From: a virus
IMG/VR virus record: IMGVR_UViG_3300005824_000050
DNA: 41,948 bases
Direction: 5' to 3' (one strand)
Under the pieces are notes generated by a model. The model did no database searches. It had not been told where the DNA came from and saw only the letters and a list, made by a program, of their open reading frames with translations. The first letter of the stretch is position 1; each line of letters starts with the position of its first letter. A program made the position numbers and the translations under genes. Shown here one piece after another: positions 35,969 to 41,948 of this stretch.

Positions 35969-36745
35969 TCAGCCTATGTTGACGACTCCCCGGCACACCG
36001 GGCAGCACATCCCCTCGTCCTCTGCAAGGGCGTATTCAATCCACTTCTGGGTGATGCGGAACACCGCGCCGCAGGCACCATCCTCGCACTCGACCTTGAT
36101 GAGCCGGGTGGTCTGCTTCTTCTCACCAGTGCCCTTGACCAGGGCAGCGTGAGGGTAGGACCCCATGTCGTCGAGGATGGGCTGGACCTTCTCGATGAAG
36201 CGGGGGCCGCCATTAGTCGAGGTGGGCTTCCCCTCCAGGCCGATGGCCAGCATGAGGCGTTTAAACGGTGCCTTGTGCCCGACCTCGCTGCCCAGGTACA
36301 TGTGAATCATTTCATGCGCCAGGATGTCGGCGACACGCAGGGGCTCGTCGAGGAAGGGCGAGATGAACATCTCCACCGCGCCATCCTTGCTCGAAGTCCC
36401 CGACCAGCACTCGCCGATACGCTTGCGGGCGGAGCCTCCACCAGGGAAGCCGCAGGACACCCGGTAGTGCGGGAGGTCCTGGGGGACGACCAGGAACTGC
36501 TCGTTGAACTCGCGGTCGCTGAACACCTCGGTGTGCAGGCGCACGGTCAGTTCGCGCAGCCACTGCTCGCGGGTCAGTGTGTCGCCGGAGGAGCGGGGCG
36601 CTTCCAGCTTCCACCACATCCAGCGGCCGTCGGAGTCGACCGCCATCTCGAAGTCAGTGCCGCGCACGGCGTCAGTGCCCAGTTCAGCCTTCGCAGCGCG
36701 GCGGCAAGAACCCTGGTTCGCATAGGTCTTGGTCTCGGTGCTCAT
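35969..36745 (-). CDS. SprT-like zinc metalloprotease with C-terminal zinc ribbon
   Basis: ILAHEMIHMYLG (HExxH) plus CxxxxC...CCPVC. Confidence 0.75.
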   Translation of the reverse strand: MSTETKTYANQGSCRRAAKAELGTDAVRGTDFEMAVDSDGRWMWWKLEAPRSSGDTLTREQWLRELTVRLHTEVFSDREFNEQFLVVPQDLPHYRVSCGFPGGGSARKRIGECWSGTSSKDGAVEMFISPFLDEPLRVADILAHEMIHMYLGSEVGHKAPFKRLMLAIGLEGKPTSTNGGPRFIEKVQPILDDMGSYPHAALVKGTGEKKQTTRLIKVECEDGACGAVFRITQKWIEYALAEDEGMCCPVCRGVVNIG

Positions 36746-36783
36746 GGTCTCGTTCCTCGGGTCAGTTGTTCAGGTGAGAGGCT

Positions 36784-36812
36784 AGTTTAAACAGGTGATG
36801 CAGACGTGTCAA
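36784..36812 (-). promoter_or_regulatory. sigma70-type promoter (TTGACA-17-TAAACT)
   Basis: - strand: -35 at 36812..36807, -10 at 36789..36784, which is formed by the GTTTAAAC motif. Confidence 0.6.
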
Positions 36813-36890
36813 CTACTTTCTGAATAGAAGTAACCCAATTATCACGCCCAACGCGAGCAAGGTCACCGTGTCGTGTGATAGAAATTCCAT
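36813..36890 (-). CDS. 25-aa hydrophobic peptide (MEFLSHDTVTLLALGVIIGLLLFRK), putative
   Basis: Preceded by TGAGGAGATGACC, the same 18-nt RBS/start block as at 2163..2180; single predicted TM. Confidence 0.35.
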   Translation of the reverse strand: MEFLSHDTVTLLALGVIIGLLLFRK

Positions 36891-36900
36891 GGTCATCTCC

Positions 36901-37329
36901 TCAAACCTTGGTGGCGCACTCAGGACCGAGGCCGGTCTTGAGGCTCTCAGGGTGGGTCAGGGCGCGACCGCAGCGGCCGCACTTCCCGACGTGGTCAATC
37001 TCAGCCTTGCCCTCGACACTCACTTCGCGGTTCATCGAGGCCACCAGCCAGCGGAAGGCCAGAACCTGGGGCGAGGTCTGGGTGAACCCAGACTTCTTGG
37101 TAACCCCGAAGCTGAGGTCGCCGGTGACCTTGTTCAGGAACATCAGCCCGGCGTAGGTGTAGTCCCGGGTGTTGTCGGGCCCTGTCAGCACCGACACGAA
37201 GTAGCGGGTGTCGTCAGACCCCTTGACGTCGTCGACCTTGAAAGTCATGTGGCTGCCGGACTTCAGGGACTTCACCGTGAAGATGGCGTGGCCGGAGGTG
37301 ATGAAGATGCGCAGACCGGTGATGTTCAT
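36901..37329 (-). CDS. DUF6011-like protein (C-terminal CGRCGR..L.HPES...GLGPEC)
   Basis: C-terminal motif recognised from memory; conserved early leader upstream. Confidence 0.7.
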   Translation of the reverse strand: MNITGLRIFITSGHAIFTVKSLKSGSHMTFKVDDVKGSDDTRYFVSVLTGPDNTRDYTYAGLMFLNKVTGDLSFGVTKKSGFTQTSPQVLAFRWLVASMNREVSVEGKAEIDHVGKCGRCGRALTHPESLKTGLGPECATKV

Positions 37330-37367
37330 GGCTCAGTTCTCGTGTTGCGTTTAAACAGGACAAGCGA

Positions 37368-37396
37368 ATCGTACAGACATGATACCCCCGTGTCAA
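37368..37396 (-). promoter_or_regulatory. sigma70-type early promoter (TTGACA-17-TACGAT)
   Basis: - strand GGTGTTGACACGG; GTTTAAAC lies 11 nt after the -10. Confidence 0.7.
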
Positions 37397-37399
37397 CAC

Positions 37400-37690
37400 C
37401 TATTTCATGTATCGCGTCAGGCCGCCGAGCCAACCCGGCTGGGCGCTCATCGCTTGCTGCAATGCGTCGGCCTGTCGCATGTTGAACAGGCCTGCCGACG
37501 GTGCCTGCAGTACCCCGGACCCCAGGAGGGTGTGGCTGGCCTCGTAGCTGGCGGACTCCAGGCGCGAGGAGATTCTCTCGTCCAGCAGCTTGCGTTCCTC
37601 GGGCTCCAGGTCATCCAGGATGGCCTGCACCTCTTCAAGTGCGCGACACACCCGGGTCTCGTGGTATTCATATTTGCCGTACATCTTCAT
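37400..37690 (-). CDS. hypothetical protein
   Basis: ATGA overlap with the helicase stop. Confidence 0.6.
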   Translation of the reverse strand: MKMYGKYEYHETRVCRALEEVQAILDDLEPEERKLLDERISSRLESASYEASHTLLGSGVLQAPSAGLFNMRQADALQQAMSAQPGWLGGLTRYMK

Positions 37691-39204
37691 TCTCCCTCGG
37701 TGTTGATGACCATGTGGACTGCCCGCTTCGCCCGGGTACTCGCGACGTAGAGCAGCGAGGAGGTCATGTACCCGGCGCTCAGCTTGGCAGGGGCGAAGTA
37801 CACCCGGTCAACGGTCTGCCCCTGGCAGCGGTGGACGGTCATGGCGTAGTTGTAGCCGACTGGCAGGAACAGGTTCTTGAACTCGTGGTACGCGACCCAG
37901 GACCCGGTCAGTTCAGCGTGGTCCGCCAGGGCGCGAAGCTTCGCCGTGTACTCGGGGCCGCCCAGCTTCGAGTGGTCCGCGGTGTACTCGGTCACCATGA
38001 ACATGATTGGGACCATGACACCGTTGTCGAGCTTGACCACGTAGCAGGGTACGTCGTCAATCTCCGCGGCCTGCACCCGCTCCACCATGTAGCTGGTGCC
38101 GGAGTAGAACCGCAAGCGGTCCTCCTTCGACGTGGTGCCGACGGGCTGGATGTCGACAGTCGCCATCACCATGAGGCGCTCGTCCTCGATGACAGGGAAC
38201 TGCTCAGCACGTTCGGCACCATAGAGACCGGCGCGGATGGTGGCGTTCGCCGAGACCACATCAGCGCGGCGGAAGAACAACACCCGGGCGTCTTCCTTCG
38301 GGGCAGCCTTCGAGTCGGCCACGTAGGTCTCCAGGAGCGCCTCGACACTCGGGTGGAGGTGGATGCCGGCGCTCCCGGTCCAGTCGTGCCGGGCGACCTC
38401 CTCAGGGGTGTTGCGGGCCATCTGCTCCAGGGTGTAGAGGTCGCTGTCGGCGCTGTAGCGCATCGGCTCGGTGAGAGTCGTGCTGAGCGTGATGCCCGCG
38501 AGCACACTGTCGCGGTACTGACCGACAGGGGGCAGTTGCTTCAGGTCACCCACGACCAGGAGCTTTCCTCCATGGTGCTCGGCGCCAGCCAGGAGGCGGC
38601 GGCCGATGTCGTCGCCCACCATCGAATACTCGTCGACGATGAGCAGGCGCTTGCGCCCGAGGTGCTCGACGACCATCTCATCGCTGTCCAGGCTCCACAC
38701 ATACTCGGACTTCGAGTCGACCGTGACCTTGTCGAGGCGGAAGGTGGAGGCGATGGTCTTCGCCTCGACCGCAAGGGCCGCCAGTTGCTTCGAGAGCACC
38801 TGGGTGGCGACGTAGGAGGTGGCGCAGGCGTGAACCCTGTAACCCTGCTCGATGGCGTTGCGCACCACGTCCATCACAGTGAAGGACTTGCCGTAGCCGG
38901 CCCCACCTTCGAGCTTGGCCGCAGGCTCAACGCCCTGGAGCCACTCGGACAGGAAGGCCGAGGAGGCCTTCTGGCTTTCGTTCAGGGTGTAGTCCGCGGA
39001 GACCTTCGCCAGGGCCGCCCGCTGCGAGCCGTTGATGGCGGACTCGATGGACTCGCGGTTGCTGTTGACAAAGCTGACCAGCCCATCCCAGGCGTCACTG
39101 TCGCCGGCCTTGCGCACCATCCAGCGCAGGTACCCCGGGTCCATCTCGGACAGGGGAGTACCGCGGTGCTTGCCGAAGGGGACAGTGATTTCGTTGATGT
39201 TCAT
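37687..39204 (-). CDS. RecD/Dda-like SF1 DNA helicase with N-terminal DUF3820-like motif
   Basis: Walker A GGAGYGKSF, Walker B LLIVDEYSMV, TVHRCQGQTVDRV; N-terminal FGKHRGTPLSEMDPGYLRWM. Confidence 0.85.
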   Translation of the reverse strand: MNINEITVPFGKHRGTPLSEMDPGYLRWMVRKAGDSDAWDGLVSFVNSNRESIESAINGSQRAALAKVSADYTLNESQKASSAFLSEWLQGVEPAAKLEGGAGYGKSFTVMDVVRNAIEQGYRVHACATSYVATQVLSKQLAALAVEAKTIASTFRLDKVTVDSKSEYVWSLDSDEMVVEHLGRKRLLIVDEYSMVGDDIGRRLLAGAEHHGGKLLVVGDLKQLPPVGQYRDSVLAGITLSTTLTEPMRYSADSDLYTLEQMARNTPEEVARHDWTGSAGIHLHPSVEALLETYVADSKAAPKEDARVLFFRRADVVSANATIRAGLYGAERAEQFPVIEDERLMVMATVDIQPVGTTSKEDRLRFYSGTSYMVERVQAAEIDDVPCYVVKLDNGVMVPIMFMVTEYTADHSKLGGPEYTAKLRALADHAELTGSWVAYHEFKNLFLPVGYNYAMTVHRCQGQTVDRVYFAPAKLSAGYMTSSLLYVASTRAKRAVHMVINTEGE

Positions 39205-39239
39205 GGCTCGGTTCTCGTGTTGCGCGTTGTGTGGGTGGA

Positions 39240-39268
39240 ACAGTACCAGGGTGATGCTGTCGTGTCAA
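39240..39268 (-). promoter_or_regulatory. sigma70-type early promoter (TTGACA-17-TACTGT)
   Basis: - strand GAGTGTTGACACGA; the stop codon of the upstream gene lies inside the -35 hexamer. Confidence 0.65.
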
Positions 39269-39501
39269 CACTCCTGGGGGGTATTTTTCGGCCGAGGGTA
39301 ACGGCCGATGAACTCCAGGCCCGCGGGGATGGCGTCAACCTCGGTCCAGCGAGAGGAGGAGAAGCTGTCTCCATGCAACTGGTACTGGCTGGCGAAGATG
39401 CGGCCGTCCGGGGACACCGCGAACAGGGTTTCCATGGACTGGTTGCTGACGGGGCAAATGTCGAACTGCAAGAACCCCTTGTAGTAAGTGGCGGTCTTCA
39501 T
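39265..39501 (-). CDS. hypothetical protein
   Basis: ATG 39501 lies downstream of the promoter, GTTTAAAC and GAGGA RBS; internal start of track ORF 39265..39693. Confidence 0.6.
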   Translation of the reverse strand: MKTATYYKGFLQFDICPVSNQSMETLFAVSPDGRIFASQYQLHGDSFSSSRWTEVDAIPAGLEFIGRYPRPKNTPQEC

Positions 39502-39541
39502 GGTGTCGTCCTCAGTGAGTGCGTTTAAACAGTGTGGACGT

Positions 39542-39570
39542 AGTATACGGAACCGATACGGGCGTGTCAA
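39542..39570 (-). promoter_or_regulatory. sigma70-type early promoter (TTGACA-17-TATACT)
   Basis: - strand GAGTGTTGACACGCC; then ACGTCCACACT-GTTTAAAC, the same layout as the + strand promoter at 2102. Confidence 0.75.
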
Positions 39571-39664
39571 CACTCCGAACATTAACTTTCGGTAATGCTG
39601 ACACGCTTGTATCAAGCTGTTTAAACTGATACCCTTGTCACTGGGAAGGGCGGGCGGGGTTCCC

Positions 39665-40027
39665 TCAGAACGGGACGTCGTCTCCTGGCTCACCTGTGTA
39701 CTCGACCGGCGCAGGCGCCGGGGCGGACTCGCACGAGTAGATACCTGGGTGGTGGCGCAGCATGATGGACGACGCGCCGATACGATGGGGCGCCGGCACC
39801 CGGGAGCAACGGCAGATGCCCCTGTCCGCCTGACGCTGGCGCACGAGGTGCTTCCTGGTGGGGTGCAGTGTGCCCCGCTTGCATGCGCCGCACTTCAGGT
39901 CCTCGGTCAGGCCCCTCGGTGTGCGCTTGTAGCTCTCGATGGGCTTCGGGAACGAGTAGCGCTTCCTGCACCCGTTGGTGCCGCATTGGTAGTTGCTATT
40001 CGCCACGAGCCTCGTCCCTTGCGGCAT
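39665..40027 (-). CDS. Cys-rich (zinc-ribbon-like) protein with SSB-like C-terminal tail GDDVPF
   Basis: Best ORF in this interval; several CxxC pairs; no clear RBS (alternative GTG at 40006). Confidence 0.55.
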   Translation of the reverse strand: MPQGTRLVANSNYQCGTNGCRKRYSFPKPIESYKRTPRGLTEDLKCGACKRGTLHPTRKHLVRQRQADRGICRCSRVPAPHRIGASSIMLRHHPGIYSCESAPAPAPVEYTGEPGDDVPF

Positions 40028-40382
40028 TGTCGAGTTGGTACAGCCGGCTTAGCGCTCGACTGAGTCGCTGCTTCGCTTCGTCCCTCTCGCGCTCCGCCTT
40101 CTCAAGCACGTCCTCCAGTTGCTCTGCTCTCACCGCCATCTGTCCGGCTTGCTCCTGCCAGGGGTTGGGAGTGACGCCAGCTTCGGCGAACCACCGGGAG
40201 TAGTTGGCCAGCTTCGCGGCATCACGCTCAGCGCTGCCCTTGAAGTTCAGCCGGGTGGCGTATTTGATGATGTTCCCGAGCAGGTACCCCTCATACTGCT
40301 CGGGCGTGAGCTTGGCCTTGATGACGTCGAGGGTCTCGATGCCCCCAGCGTCGTAGTAGCTGCTCTTCTCGTCTCTACTCAT
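39996..40382 (-). CDS. DUF3310 family protein
   Basis: YYDAGGIETLDVIKAKL...GNIIKYATRLNFKG...DAAKLANY is the classic DUF3310 pattern; GGAG RBS before ATG 40382. Confidence 0.8.
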   Translation of the reverse strand: MSRDEKSSYYDAGGIETLDVIKAKLTPEQYEGYLLGNIIKYATRLNFKGSAERDAAKLANYSRWFAEAGVTPNPWQEQAGQMAVRAEQLEDVLEKAERERDEAKQRLSRALSRLYQLDNAARDEARGE

Positions 40383-40428
40383 CGGAACATCTCCAGAGCG
40401 TGACCTCGTTGCATGTGACTCGTCGTGG

Positions 40429-40458
40429 ATGGTACCCTGGTCGCTCACTCTGTATCAA
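40429..40458 (-). promoter_or_regulatory. candidate promoter of the leftward operon (TTGATA-18-TACCAT)
   Basis: Lies in the divergent region; a face-to-face + strand candidate TTGCAT(40409)-18-TACCCT(40433) overlaps it. Confidence 0.3.
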
Positions 40459-40477
40459 CCCCCCCGAGGACCTGACG

Positions 40478-40723
40478 ATGACCAAGAAGACCCGAACGCC
40501 TACGCTCGCCCAGGTGATGTATCACCTGGAAACCGCCCCGGTGAGATTCATCCGGCAGACGTTGAAAGCCCGCGGGGTCACCGCGCCTGAACTGAGGAAC
40601 AGGAGCGGGCTCCCTGCTTCGACGTGCCGCGCCTTCCTGAACGGTTCGAGGGACAACCCCACGTCGGAGCAGTTTCGGGTATTGCTCACCGTGGCTCTCG
40701 ACGCGGCGGGGGTGCGGAGATAA
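40478..40723 (+). CDS. XRE/Cro-like helix-turn-helix regulator
   Basis: AGGA RBS; TAPELRNRSGLPASTCRAFLNGSR HTH; transcribed divergently from the replication operon. Confidence 0.7.
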   Translation: MTKKTRTPTLAQVMYHLETAPVRFIRQTLKARGVTAPELRNRSGLPASTCRAFLNGSRDNPTSEQFRVLLTVALDAAGVRR

Positions 40724-40825
40724 GCGGAGAAAAAAGAGAACCCCCCGACTTATGCCTAAAGGCTGCGGAGGGTCAAAGCGACTAGAGAGGTCAGGCATAC
40801 CGGCGCTGGAAAGGAGAACCGGAAA

Positions 40826-41948
40826 TTGGAGAGTATCACAGAAAAATCCATGGTGCGATGGGCGCTTCTCTATGCGTCCCTCGGCTTCAAGGTGTTCCCC
40901 CTCATGCCGGGGACCAAGGAGCCTTACGGCGGCTTCGAGTGGAGGGCTGAGGCGACCGGCGACCTCGACCAGATTCTCTTCTGGTGGGGCCGCGTGCCTG
41001 ACGCCAACATCGGAATCGCCTGCGGTGCGCCCTCGGGCATCAACGTGTTCGACCTGGATGTAAAGGGCGAGGGCAACGGCTGGGAGAGTGTCGGCGCCCT
41101 GCTCGACCCAGAGAGCACGCCGTGGGCGCAGACCCCCAGTGGCGGGTATCACTTCTACTACCGGTTCTACCCTGCTCTCGGGAACTACAAGTTCCAGGCC
41201 GAAGGTGTCGACATCCAAGGCACAGGGTCCTATGTGCTCGCCCCGCCGTCGGTGGTGGACGGCAAGCCCTACGTCTGGGGCCTCACCCCCGGAGAGGGCC
41301 GGCAACCGCACTGCCCCCAGGCCGCGCTCGACTGGGTCGTCGCCCGGCGCAAGGCACGAGGTGCAGCGCCAAGCGGTGACATGCCGCCAGTGCCCGACGA
41401 CTGGACCGACCACGAGGACCTCCCGGAGCCGTGGATGCTCGGGCTGGACACAGGGAAGCTGGACGGCGACCGCAGTGCGGGCCTGTTCAGCCTCGCGTGC
41501 TCCCTGGTGCGGCGTGAGAGTGACGACAGCCGCATCCTTGCCATGCTCATGGACTGGGCGCCTGATGCTGCCGAGGACCGTCGTGGGCAGGACGCAGTGA
41601 CCTGGATGTGGCGCTACGTGGTGGTGCCGGCCAGGAGGCAGTGGCAGGGCATGCAGGCGCGAGCCGCGGAGATGGTCACTGACGTCACCGTGGTGGCGTC
41701 AGTAGAACCTCAGGCTTCCAACCAGTTCGATACCCTGCGCGACGAGATGACCATGCTCGGGGGCGACATTGCCAAGGTCCACCTGTTCCTGGCGAAGCTG
41801 GTGGGCTTGAGTGACATCTACGTCGAGGCGCTGCTGAAGGACCTCTCGGTGCAGTGCGGCATCACGCTGAAGACGCTGCGGGGTGAGCTTGCCAAGCTGG
41901 TGAAGGGCGTGCGTGCCCAGGAGGAGCAGAAGGGGCTCCGCGACGAGC
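40826..41948 (+). CDS. DNA primase/helicase, N-terminal PrimPol (bifunctional primase-polymerase) part; continues at nt 1..1373
   Basis: AAGGAGAA RBS 9 nt before TTG 40826 (ATG 40850 is in frame); ...GFKVFPLMPGTKEPY...NIGIACG..SGINVFDLDVK...TPSGGYHFYY...GSYVLAPPS; no stop before the window end. Confidence 0.85.
   Translation, partial: MESITEKSMVRWALLYASLGFKVFPLMPGTKEPYGGFEWRAEATGDLDQILFWWGRVPDANIGIACGAPSGINVFDLDVKGEGNGWESVGALLDPESTPWAQTPSGGYHFYYRFYPALGNYKFQAEGVDIQGTGSYVLAPPSVVDGKPYVWGLTPGEGRQPHCPQAALDWVVARRKARGAAPSGDMPPVPDDWTDHEDLPEPWMLGLDTGKLDGDRSAGLFSLACSLVRRESDDSRILAMLMDWAPDAAEDRRGQDAVTWMWRYVVVPARRQWQGMQARAAEMVTDVTVVASVEPQASNQFDTLRDEMTMLGGDIAKVHLFLAKLVGLSDIYVEALLKDLSVQCGITLKTLRGELAKLVKGVRAQEEQKGLRDE
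41829..41948. repeat. terminal direct repeat, copy 2
   Basis: Identical to nt 1-120. Confidence 0.95.

Noticed and set aside
349-39626. U_UUA_AAC inside GTTTAAAC is a canonical -1 programmed frameshift slippery heptamer
   Set aside because: Many copies are intergenic or on stop/start junctions. Intragenic copies occur in two different phases. I saw no consistently placed downstream structure or extended -1 ORF. Frameshifting cannot explain the enrichment.
40478-40723. XRE-type HTH as evidence of a temperate lifestyle
   Set aside because: The genome is complete and contains no integrase, excisionase, partition system or CI-size repressor.

Overview
The window is a complete ~41.83-kb genome of a high-G+C tailed dsDNA phage with a podovirus-like gene order and Gram-negative-type lysis genes. 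Nt 1-120 are identical to nt 41829-41948, so it is either circularly closed or terminally redundant, and the primase/helicase gene runs across that junction. On the + strand, an XRE-type regulator and a PrimPol/SF3 primase-helicase (40478..41948, continuing 1..1373) come first. They are followed by a repeat-rich 285-bp non-coding region and a strong sigma70-type promoter at 2102. About 17 small early genes follow (2.2-7.0 kb). The morphogenesis block is next: large terminase, portal, two large proteins of unknown function, scaffold, SU10/DUF5309-like capsid, fibre-like proteins, a lysis cassette, tail and internal virion proteins (7.0-29.6 kb). The - strand (29.6-40.4 kb) carries the replication/recombination module: SNF2 helicase, VRR-NUC, family A DNA polymerase, DUF2815 SSB, DUF2800 nuclease, SprT-like protease, RecD/Dda-like helicase and DUF3310. 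It is driven by a family of near-identical sigma70-like promoters. I saw no tRNA, CRISPR array, integrase, methyltransferase or RNA polymerase gene. The most unusual signal is at the DNA level. The palindromic octamer GTTTAAAC occurs 25 times where fewer than one copy is expected. It appears at gene junctions, in early leaders and inside CDSs in two reading frames. It is absent from a low-G+C fibre gene that carries a DD-carboxypeptidase-like domain. All family assignments come from motif recognition by eye and none was checked against a database.
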